Positions 45,271 through 56,222 of a DNA stretch of 64,000 nt are shown here, piece by piece. Numbering within the stretch: the first letter of the stretch is position 1; each line of letters opens with the position of its first letter. Origin of the DNA: Octopus vulgaris (Eukaryota). The position numbers and the translations under genes were made by a program. The notes beneath the pieces were generated by a model. It did no database searches. It had not been told where the DNA came from and saw only the letters and a program-made list of their open reading frames with translations. The stretch lies in contig OX597834.1 of NCBI GenBank assembly GCA_951406725.2, positions 26,040,001 through 26,104,000 of the forward strand. The letters are read 5' to 3'.

Positions 45271-45321
45271 TTTGTCAAAATATTTTCGTCGCTTTGAGAC
45301 CGCGACCTGTTCACTGACAAA
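45271..45321 (-). ncRNA. Variant hammerhead ribozyme motif with G3:C8 core swap
   Basis: Reverse strand: TTTGTCA-GTGAACA-G-GTCGC-GGTCTCAAA-GCGAC-GAAA-ATAT-TT-TGACAAA. 7-bp stem I, 5-bp stem II, palindromic stem III. Confidence 0.55.
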
Positions 45322-45351
45322 ATTCCGTGCTGCATCATATATATATATATC

Positions 45352-45648
45352 ACCGTGATCACCGTGACTGACCAGACCATCAGATGTTGCTACACATCGC
45401 TGGTCACAATGCGCTTTGCATTGTTTTAGCCTTCAAATGACGTCACCCCGCTGGCTAAGCGAGCAGGCCAACAGAAGAAAGAGTGGGAGAAAGTTGTGGC
45501 GAAAGAGTACAGCAGGGACCGCCACCAACCCTTGCCGGAGCCTCGTGGAGCTTTAAGTGTTTTCGCTCAATAAACACACACAACGCCCGGTCTGGGAATT
45601 GAAACCGCGATCGTACGACCGCGAGTCCGCTGCCCTAACCAGGGCCAT
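45352..45648 (-). mobile_element. B-head SINE with a third type of 3' tail (second copy about 61787-62058, minus)
   Basis: Family-B head joined to ...GTGACCAGCGATGTGTAGCAACATCTGATGG...GTCAGTCAC tail in both copies. Confidence 0.75.
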
Positions 45649-45804
45649 ATGTATATATATATCAGCTTAAGGTACTGTAGCCAGCCTTGCAGTTAATCCT
45701 CCCGATTAAGAGACTGGAGAGAAAGAGAGAGAGAGCAGTGTGGAAGTTAGAAGAGTATTAAGAAAGAGGATGAGGTGGAATGTGGTGGGGGTGGTTGTTT
45801 GGTG

Positions 45805-45856
45805 TTTAAAAGCAAGGGAAGTAACTCCCATCTTCCTATTGACGTTCGTTTCATCT
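45805..45856 (+). promoter_or_regulatory. Possible core promoter (TATA-like TTTAAAAG) of the hotdog-fold gene
   Basis: TTTAAAAG at 45805, about 85 nt before the putative ATG; weak evidence. Confidence 0.2.
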
Positions 45857-45889
45857 GGAAGTGAGGAGTTGACATCTTTCTATGTCGCG

Positions 45890-45921
45890 ATGCCTCCGTC
45901 GGCAATTAGACGATTGTTAAG
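45890..45921 (+). CDS. Putative first coding exon of the hotdog-fold gene (MPPSAIRRLL-R)
   Basis: ATG at 45890 in a locally CpG-containing region; donor AAG|gtatgt at 45922; phase 2 matches the next exon; joined product forms a coherent signal-peptide pattern. Confidence 0.6.
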
Positions 45922-48900
45922 GTATGTTGTATTTAATTGCTATCGTAAATATATTCTATAAACTACGTATCGTCATATTAAGACGCATGTTTCGTCAAAA
46001 TCTCCTCGGAATTAACTATAAACCACGAAATAGATCCTCTCTTGACCTTGTTTATCTGACAAATATTTTCCCCCTCTTCATGAGATGCTGGAGTTTATTT
46101 TTAAAGCATCTTCTATTTATTTGGTTCTCTGATCATGGTGATGGTATTATTATTATTATAGTTTATTTTCGTTTTGCTGCCGTCGTCATATTATTAATGC
46201 TTTTTTATTTTAATGTAAATAGCCTTTAAAAGCTACAAACACACATTTCAGTATCATTCACCACCCCCCACTATGTTTTTCATATACACACAACAACAAC
46301 AAAAATATTAACATATCCAGCGACTGTTTTTATTTATTTGTAAAACAACGAATAAAAAAATAAATGCAATTAAAAGAAGAAGGAAAGTATTTTGGCCTGT
46401 CTAGACTAGACAAGTGTTTTGTTTTTTTTCCCCCGCTCCTATTTCGTTTTCTCAAAGCTTTCAGAAAAAAATTAATATTCTTTTATGAAAATTACCACAA
46501 ATACTGTTCAGATGGCGTAGATATTAATTACAATTATATCGGAATTTAATGTGAAATGATAAATAATATAAAAGTGAAGTTGTGTGTGTCTGTCTCCTAC
46601 GATTTAGATTCCTAACTACTCCCACATTTTGCGGTGCAGTGTAACCAAACCCGGGTATCATATAGTCGTGATTCATATCGAGCCCTTCTGGGTATTAGCG
46701 CACGTCTACGATGAGTCTACGATTTACCATCATTTTTCCCATTTTTTTAATGCATTTTTTCGCTATTATATAAGGGAAGTAACTCTCTAAAAATGTCTAC
46801 GATGAGTCAACGATTTTTAAAAAAATTTACCATAATTTTTTTCCGTTTTGAATGCATTTTTTTGCTATTTTTTTGGCTATAACTCTCTAAAAATGCTTAT
46901 ATAGTTATTTCCCTTACAAAACCGAGCAACGCCGGGCGATACTGCTAGTAATAAATAATTGGTGAGCGTGCACGCACGTACACCACATACGTATATACTT
47001 GATACACATCACGTATCTACGAAATTACGTTTTGTACATGTCTACGTCGTGCGTGACAGAATATATGTGCGCCAGTGTCTGCCTATTTTGTTTATTTTTC
47101 TCGGGTCAAATTCCAATATAATCGTAACCTACGCAATCTGAAAGGCATTCGAAGAGAATTTCATTAAAAAAAATATTAATCCTTGTGAAAGTTATGAAGG
47201 AACAAAGTCGGTGGTGAGGAAGAGTAAGTACACTTGTGTTGGTATACCTACACAATTGTGCCCCCTCAAAAATACTCAAATGACCCTTTATCCTTCCGTC
47301 TGTGTGGTCTGGGACTCCCTTAAACCGAAACTCCATCGGAACTAGTTTTTGTGTTTTAACATATGTTAAAAATATGTCAGTATTATTAATATTTATTTAC
47401 GTTTTGTCTCAAATATAGATTAGCTTCGTAAAAACAAGTCAACCTCAACATGTCTTTTTAGATATTAAAAACAAGGAGTTTATTAAGAGATGTAACGACT
47501 GTTGTTTATATTATGATTTAGGTAGGAATTTCAACACATTTTAGTCCCAACTGCGCGCGCTTGTGTATATTTTTATAAAAACAATTCTCATTTTAGTACA
47601 AGGCCTGAAATTTTGAGGGAAGGAACATGTCGATTATATCGGCCTACATAATCGATTGATTCTTTATTTTATCGACTCTCTGGAAGATGAAACACAAAGT
47701 CGACCTCTACGGAATTTGCATTCGGAACGTAAAGAACCACAATAAACTTCGCTAAGCAGTAATAATAATAATAATAATAATAGCTTCAAATTTTGGCACG
47801 AGGCCAGCAATATCAGGGAGGAGCTAAGTTGATTAAATTGACTCCAGTGCTCAGCTGGTACTTATTTTATCAACCCCGAAAGTTGACCTCGGTGTAATTT
47901 GAACTCGAAACCTAGAACCAGAAAAATGGCACTAAAATATTAATAGTAATATTTTTTTTAATTATTTAATATCATTATGAAAGTTTGTATTACCGACAGA
48001 TATAACAATTACATATATAATAATACAATGCCACATTAAAATACAAATCCTAGTTCATATTTTAGGTGAAGGCCAGCAGTTTTAAGGGGACGTGGTTAGT
48101 ATACTTAGTACTTTATTGCAATAGGGTGTCGGTTATTTGGCAGGCACTTTATTGTACCGACCCCAGCGGTGTGGGAGGTGAAAAGCAATGTTGATTATGA
48201 TGATAACTTATTGTATACAGTACTCATATGCACTGCTATTTGTTGATAAATGGTAAAACAAGATGACAGAAAGCACTAAGTTAATTATAGCAATGATACC
48301 AAGAGCACATGCATAGTAGATGGAATAAAACACGGACAGACAGTCATCGAGGGGAATGAAAAGGGTGCATTGATAGGTATGTGAGGAATAGTGCTGGCGA
48401 ATCTTGGGAAGCGGGAATTTTTGCGCCAAATTACAAAAATAAATGTTTCTACGGTTTGAACAAGGGCTGGAAATTTAGGGGATGAGGAACAATTGATTGC
48501 AAGTACTTGAATGATATTTTATTAACCCTGGAATGATGCAAAGTAAAAATCGACCTCGGTGAAGAGCCAGAAAATATACAATTAGATAATTTTTCTTGCC
48601 CCCTCCACCTTGCAATTCTACTGATACAACAACACAAAACATTCCTTGCAAACTTTTGTATATATGAAAACATACAGCAGAAGACCAAAAAAAAAAAAAA
48701 ACATTGGCAATCTTTCGTCTCTAGTAGACCTTTCCGTCGATTAAAATTTTTTTTTTTACATATGGGCTTGCGGGAACTTTTGAAGTAATGAAAGCGAAAG
48801 AGACTAAGAGAAAGCGATTTTATGACGAGGGAAGTTCTTTTGAAGTTAGCGTGCATGGCAAGCATTGATGTACATGTGTGTGTGTGTGTGTTTGATGGGG

Positions 48901-51900
48901 TGTGGGAGACGGACAGTATGTTGTGTAAGTGAAGTGCTTCTGTTAGTGTGTGTGAAGAGACAGAGTAATGTGTGAAAGAAATTTTTTACTCGGTGTATGT
49001 GTATATGTATGTATATTACTTCAAAAGTTCCCGCAAGCCCATATGTAAAAAAAAAAAAAATTTTACGGAAATCGACGGAAAGGTCTACTAGAGACGAAAG
49101 ATCGCCCGCCCTCCTCCTATCATGAAAATATTTGCTTGTACATCCTTTGCTATTTTGTTTTTCTTTCCTTCACGTTGCCGCTTTATTTTGGTCGAAACTT
49201 CACCCACGTGGAGTTTGTCAAGTTGTTCCTGTCTGCAGAAGCAGCCACAAGCAATATAAAACGAACTTCTTCAAACAGGCTGACCTGCTTCTTTCTAACG
49301 TTATTGTTGTTGCTCATATCTCTGTCTTATTTATCTTGCCCCGCCTCACCACTCTTCTAAACGTTACATATTTGATATGACTTGCTCGAATTTATTCTTC
49401 TCTTCTGTGGTTTCCTGACAATCTAAGCTAACCTTGAAAGAGTGACGACCTTTTTAGAATGTGTGTGTGTGTGTTTGTAAATTGCTGCTCTCGCGCCCAA
49501 AACAATGATATAACTCCACACATAACTGACATTACGATTTATATATACATGTGTGTGTGAGGTAGGTAAACAGCTTTACATCGGAGCTGCTGAAATTAAG
49601 GATTTGGCATTAAATAAAACAATCCTCAAATAAGCTCGGTTATTGTATTACAGATGCAAACGATGCAAATCTTCGTTTAAGCTGGAATGCCTTTTAGACC
49701 AATTCAATACGCATACAATATATTATTATATCTGATAATATATTATCCCCGGTCAGTCGCCGCGACTATAACTATTCGTGTCAATGGCATGGCTAGATAA
49801 GCTTTCTCCGTACGGGTCGATTTTTCGCTTGAGTTAGCGATGGCAACTGCTAATATGTTAAGAATTACATTATCGAACGTTTCTTTATTTTTTTAAGTCT
49901 GGGTTGGATATGAGGAAGATTTGGTTGTAATTTCTAGCTATGCACGTGATTTCATTGGATATGGTATAAGCAGCGCTGGGTTAACTCATTAAGCAAAATA
50001 AGCACCTGCTTAGAATATCAAGGGACGGGTCCACCACAGAAACGAAAATGGTTTAAAGGCGGCGAGCTGGCAGAATCGTTTGCACGTCGGGCGAAATGCT
50101 TAGCGGTATTTCGTCTGCCGTTACGTTCTGAGTTCAAATTCTGCCGAGGTCGACTTTGTCTTTCATCCTTTCGGGGTCGATAAATTAAGTGCCAGTTACG
50201 CACTGGGGTCGATGTAATCGACTTAATCCGTTTGTCTGTCCTTGTTTGTCCCCTCTATGTTTAGCCCCTTGTGGGTAGTAAAGAAATAAGAAACGAAAAT
50301 AGTTTACGGCGCGAAAGAAATCACTTTAAACTTGCTAAAATATTCCTAATGCCTTATCTGTACTAGGTATAAAAGTTTTACGTAAAATTTTGACGATGTC
50401 ATCGAATGCTTTTCAATTGAAAGAAAAAAAACCGGAAAACTTTTCAAATATAAATAAAATGGAAACATTCAAACATAAATATTAGTTTCCATTTTACTGT
50501 GAATTTTGTTTCATTTTGAAAAAAAAAAAAAATTATGGTTTATCGTTTACATTTTGAACCATCTACATATACTTGAGGGCACCAAAACCTTTTAAGTGCT
50601 TAGGGCCTCTTTGGGTCTTCATTCGGCCCTGGGTTCAGGCTAGTATTTTTAGGAGCATAAACATTGTCCAACGTCGTTTTTAACGCTGAGGTTTGCACTT
50701 AAGATATTGCTATTTCTAACCTTGCGAGTGATCTCATTGGTGCACTCTATCGGTTATGATTAAGTGTGATTCAATTAATGAAACAGCCTGCTCGTGAAAT
50801 TAATGTGCAAGTGGTCGAGCACTCAACAAACATGAGTATCCTTAAAATACTAGGGAGATTCAGTGTGACAAGGCTGGCCCTTTGAAACACAGGTACAAGT
50901 CATTTTTTGCCAAATGAATAGACTGGACTAACGTGAAATATAGTATCTTGTTTGAGAACACAACACACTGTCAGCCACTGAACTCACAACCTTACAATCC
51001 TGATGCAAATAACCTACCCACTAAGCCACGCCTCTTCACATATCTGCTCATATGAGATATATTCATCAACTTAACGTCCATGTTCCATGCTAGCATGGGT
51101 CTTTGGGGCGGGGTACTTCTTCCGCAACTTTGACTGTAACCAGTTCACACATAAAAACCTAGAGACATGTATGCTGTGCTTTATTGACAACCAGCTATTT
51201 ATCAGAAAATCAATATTGTTGTGTTGATAAAGTAATATTTTGCATATCACTGTTGTGGTGCACATGGGGAACAAACAGTAACACAAATGCAATACTGTAT
51301 GGAAGCACTCCGTCGGTTCCGACGACGAGGGTTCCGGTTGATCCGATCAATGGAACAGCCTGCTCGTGAAATTAACGTGTAAGTGGCTGAGCACTCCACA
51401 GACACGTGTACCCTTAACGTAGTTCTCGGGGATATTCAGCGTGACACAGAGAGTGACAAGGCCGGCCCTTTGAAATACAGGTACAACAGAAACAGGAAGT
51501 AAGAGTGAGAGAAAGTTGTGGTGAAAGAGTACAGCAGGGATCACCACCATCCCCTGCCGGAGACTCGTGGAGCTTTAGGTGTTTTCGCTCAATAAACACT
51601 CACAACGCCCGGTCTGGGAATTGAAACCGCGATCCTACGACCGCGAGTCCGCTGCCCTAACCACTGGGCCATTGCGCCTCCACTGTATACCACCAATGTG
51701 CCTCCACTGTATACCATACTGTATACCACCAATGGCGTAACTACATTGTAATACTGCATACCAACCTCTCTGTCCCACAGTCTGGCCATGCAGTGTCACA
51801 GTGTGGAGTTTTTGTGGGTCAGAGTTGTTGGTATGTATTATCCAATATTGTATCTGTTTTACTATTTGTTTAGTCATAATAATGATGAACTTATTGTATA

Positions 51901-54900
51901 CAGTGCTCATATGTGCTACAATTCATCAGAAAAGGTAACCAAAGGTGCATGTGCAGTACACAGAATAATGCACCAAAAGACAATGTGAACAGTAAAGGGG
52001 TCATAAAAAATGGTTGCCATCACAACAGTGATAACATTGCTTTATCAGCCAATCGTATGACATCGCTTCCCAACCAAGCTCTAATAATTTTTCACGAGTT
52101 AGCAGAGACATATGTGGTCTAGCATTGTCATGGAGGCGCAATGGCCCAGTGGTTAGGGCAGCGGACTCGCGGTCATAGGATCGCCGTTTCGATTCCCAGA
52201 CCGGGCGTTGTGAGTGTTTATTGAGCGAAAACACCTAAAGCTCCACGAGTCTCCGGCAGGGGGTGGTGGTGATCCCTGCTGTACACTTTCACCACAACTT
52301 TCTCTCACTCTTACTTCCTGTTTCTGTTGTACCTGTATTTCAAAGGGCTGGCCTTGTCACTCTCTGCGTCACGCTGAATATCTCCGAGAACTACGTTAAG
52401 GGTACACGTGTCTGTGGAGTGCTCAGCCACTTACACGTTAATTTCACGAGCAGGCTGTTCCGTTGATTTGGATCAACCGGAACCCTCGTCATCGTAACCG
52501 ACGGAGTGCTTCCATCCTAGCATTGTCATGGTAGAACACGATTCCTTTACGATTTGCCAATTCTGGTTGTTTTTCTTTGATTGCTTCCTCCAGTTTCATT
52601 AGTTATTGAAGTCTCCATCTAAATGTTACTTCTGTGTTGTTTTCACAGGATATCTCTACTGCTGCTTTTGCTTCTAATTTTCAGGTCCTACCCATCCTTA
52701 AATCTTCGGATCAATGTGAACAGACAACGTAACCATGTCGATGTTGTTCTACCAGGCCTTCGCTATGATGACCTTGATAATGCAGGTTAGTTTGACTGTA
52801 TATTGTGAAGAATTTAATTACTCTGTTTAATTAATCTAAGGATACAAGCCAATAATGGGCATCCATACAAGGTGTTCTCAACCATTTTTTTATCTATAGA
52901 CCCCTTTGATTACAATTTTATTTGATGTTTAAATACAAGTTTTATAGATATTTCTTTCAAAATTCCTCTTTTGCTTTTCAAACATTGACTTGTGTAGGCT
53001 GAACTATGTAAAACGTTAAAGAAACTTGTTTCTTGCAATACATGTAAAGCCAAAATTTTTTCAGGGACACCTTAAAATACTATTGTGGCTCCCCAATTTA
53101 CTATTTTGTTGTGTGGACCTCCCCCCCCCAAATTTTATATGGATCCCAGTTGAGAACCATTGATCTAGAGTCAGTGGACTTGCTAGAAATAATAGCCAAA
53201 TCTACTTCAACCCATACTCCACCATCTTAAAGAGAAGGCTCAGTTGGACATTGTGATCCTTAATAAACCAACAAAATGGTCATTGCTGAATTACCCTAGA
53301 AATATGTTACTTGGAAAGATATTTTGATGATACTGAGAGTAGGGTTTCTTTATGTCTATGTTTGGTTATTGTGGGGTAGCCATTTAGCTTCTCTAGGAAG
53401 GTGCCTCTGCTTGTTCCTTGCATAAAGCCACCTCTCCCCACTCCTAATTACTCTCCCTTCCCATTTAGTCGAGAGGATTTTTTCCCCTTCTTGTTCTTTC
53501 CTGTTTTGCAAGTTACATGGCCACCTCAATAGTTCTGGTGGCATGAATAAAGCACCCAGCACACTCTATAAAGTGGCAAGTGTTAAGAAGGGCACCCAGC
53601 ACACTAGAAACCATGCCGAAGCTGACATGAAATGCGATGCAGCCCTGCAACTCACCGAGTCTTGTCAAACCATTCCAACCCATACCAGCATGGGATAATG
53701 GGCATTTACTGATGAGGATTGTTAAATTAATGCTTCTCGTTTTGTGGCCTGCAGAAAAGACAACCCAACTAAGGGAACAGTAAACTCTGAATAAAAACTA
53801 ATACAAGGTATAGGCGTAGGAGTGGCTGTGTGGTAAGTAGCTTGTTTACCAACCACATGGCTCTGGGTTCAGTCCCACTGCGTGGCACCTTGGGCAAGTG
53901 TCTTCTACTATAGCCTCAGGCCGACCAAAGCCTTGTGAGTGGATTTGGTAGACAGAAACTGAAAGAAGCCCGTCGTGTATATATGTATGTATGTGTGTGT
54001 CTGTGCTTGTCCCTCCCCAACATCGCTTAACAACCGATGCTGGTGTGTTTACGTCCCCGTAACTTAGCGGTTCGGCAAAAGAGACCGATATAAGTACTAG
54101 GCTTACAAAGACTAAGTCCTGGGGTCGATTTGCTTGACTAAAGGCAGTGCTCCAGCATGGCCACAGTCAAATGACAGAAACCTAGTAAAAGAGTAAGGGA
54201 GTCCTTAATTCAGTACACAAATGGCCCTATTAATGCTAGTGGCATAATTAAAGATACCTAGTTTATGTTAAGGAAGAGTTTCCAACTGTAAAAGATCTTA
54301 TCAAAAAACGTGGTTTACTCGATGTAGGTTAATGCTTTTCTTAGTTGTGTTCGTAATGGAAGCACTCCATCGGTTACGACGATGAGGGTTCCCGTTGATC
54401 CGATCAACGGAACAGCCTGCTCGTGAAATTAACGTGTAAGTGGCTGAGCATTCCACAGACACGTGTACCCTTAACGTAGTTCTCGGGGATATTCAGCATG
54501 ACACAGAGAGTGACAAGTCCGGCCCTTGAAATACAGGTACAACAGAAACAGGAAGTAAGAGTGAGAGAAAGTTGTGGTGAAAGAGTACAGCAGGGATCAC
54601 CACCATCCTTGCCGCAGCCTCGTGGAGCTTTAGATGTTTTCGCTCAATAAACACTCACAACGCCCGGTCTGGGAATCGAAACAGCGATCCTACGACCGCG
54701 AGTCCGCTGCCCTAACAACTGGGCCATTGTGCCTCCACTGTTCGTAATAGATGGAGAAGGACTGTAGCAGATGGGGAAATGTGTCCACCAGACAGAACAA
54801 GCGCATACAACCCATGCCAGCTGAGAAAAAAAAATGTAAAACTAATAGGTAGACCCAGGAAGACATGGGATGAGGTGGTGAAATATGTTCTTCGGGGCAT

Positions 54901-56222
54901 TCAGTCTCACAAGTGACTGAGACTGCAGGTGATTTGCTGTGCTTATGAAGATGCATTAAACTTAGTGAAATCATAGGCATGGCCAGTGCTAAAGGCCCTC
55001 TCCCCCACCCCCATACTGGTGACACACAAAAGCTCCCCCCCCACATGCTGGTGACGCACAAAAAGTTCCTCCTTGCCAGTGACATACAGAAGGGTCCCTG
55101 TGCTGGTGACACACCGAACTAAGTCATGGGGATGTAAACACACCAACATCAGTTGTTGAGTGGTAGTGGGTAACAAACACACACATGATGGGCTTCTTTC
55201 AGTTTCCATTTACTAAATGGACTTGCAAAGCTTTGGTCAACCTGAGGCTATAGTAGAAGACACTTGTCCAAGGTGTCTTGTAGTAGTACTGAACCTAGAA
55301 CCTCGTGGTTGGGAAGCAAGCTTTTTAACACATGGCCACATTTTCAATTTTCAAAAAAAAGAGTTTAAATTGTCTCTTGTATTTCCTTTTCTCTATTTAT
55401 GTTAGAATTAAAATAATCTTTATAATTTTGGAAACTTCTTTTCCAGGTCTCCCAGATGTTTGGAGAATCTATGACATGATCAGTCGAGTGGAATTTGCAT
55501 CGTTCTTTCACCACGAATCGTCTTTTCTCGACTACAAATCTCTGCTTGAAAACAACATCACCACAATTACAAAAGCCGTGCGTATGGACATCCGAAGCGG
55601 ATTTTTCGAAACCACGACTCCCAAAGCGCCGCTAGGAATCTCACTGAAACTATCGCACATCAATGACAACTCATTAATGACTACATGTGGGATGATCTGT
55701 GGCGGTAAAATGAAGCCATCAATTATAGTGAAGAATGTACATGCCGTTGTGAAGGCAGACACATCTAAGAGCTGCAACTTACCTGACTGGTGGCTTATGA
55801 AACATAAGAAAAACCTCACTGAGCCTGTGAAGCCCTACCTTATAAAACCTCAAGCGGTACCAGCCGAAACGCACAATCATGTTTTCACAGTTCCCCTTAC
55901 AGATGTCGACGCCCTCAGTAGAACAAGATGTTCTTCCTATGTGCGTTATTTCGCAGAAAATGCCAGCATTGCTTCCTTAAAAGACTTCTATCCACAGATA
56001 TCGACAAAGTTTCATAATTACTGCATTAGTCGAATGTCTATGTTGTACTTTGGTCCGACAACCTGGGGAGATGTTTTGGTGTCTAAGACCTGGGAAGATG
56101 CGATGAATCCTTACACTTTGCATTGCAGTATCAGTAAAGACAGCTTGTTACAGTGGTATGGCTGTTTTGAGTTTCATCCAGAAATCTTTGGTCTTGAAGA
56201 CGATGCTGAAAACATTAGTTAG
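45890..56222 (+). CDS. Uncharacterised double-hotdog-fold (acyl-ACP thioesterase-like) protein with signal-peptide-like N-terminus, 314 aa: join(45890..45921,52649..52785,55447..56222)
   Basis: 32+137+776 = 945 nt in one frame with GT-AG junctions. Protein starts MPPSAIRRLLRISLLLLLLIFRSYPSLNLRINV...VLPGLRYDDLDNAGLPDVWRI. Two hotdog-like motifs (LRYDDLDNAG; VPLTDVDALSRTRCSSYVRYFAE), a LPDWW linker and a C-terminal YFGPTTWGDVLVSKTW. Family assignment is by motif recognition only. Confidence 0.7.
48706..49106. mobile_element. Foldback/MITE-like element with about 85-bp terminal inverted repeats
   Basis: 48706-48789 is the near-perfect reverse complement of 49015-49106; no obvious TSD. Confidence 0.75.
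50057..50288 (+). mobile_element. SINE family A
   Basis: Full copy; TSD AGAAACGAAAAT(G/A)GTTTA. Confidence 0.9.
51300..51682 (-). mobile_element. SINE family B
   Basis: Full reverse copy. Confidence 0.9.
52130..52514 (+). mobile_element. SINE family B
   Basis: Full copy; TSD CTAGCATTGTCATGG. Confidence 0.9.
52649..52785 (+). CDS. Second coding exon of the hotdog-fold gene (alternative acceptor at 52685 possible)
   Basis: ttttcacag acceptor; open frame ISLLLLLLIFRSYPSLNLRINVNRQRNHVDVVLPGLRYDDLDNA(G); donor CAG|gttagt at 52786; phase 1 matches last exon. Confidence 0.75.
53813..54196 (+). mobile_element. SINE family C
   Basis: Full forward copy. Confidence 0.88.
54357..54737 (-). mobile_element. 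SINE family B
   Basis: Full reverse copy; TGTTCGTAAT duplicated. Confidence 0.9.
55447..56222 (+). CDS. Terminal coding exon of the hotdog-fold gene
   Basis: Lies inside the only long non-repetitive ORF (55332..56222); cttttccag acceptor ends 55446; protein-like composition; TAG stop; AATAAA at 56422. Confidence 0.85.

Noticed and set aside
49440-49565. Donor-like GAG|gtaggt as an alternative first exon of the hotdog gene
   Set aside because: Nearby ATGs hit stops at once, whereas the 45890 exon gives the right phase and a coherent N-terminus; could still be non-coding
55332-55446. ORF-track N-terminus MATFSIFKK... of the 296-aa ORF
   Set aside because: Starts inside a SINE remnant and runs through a polypyrimidine tract; intronic sequence before the acceptor at 55446
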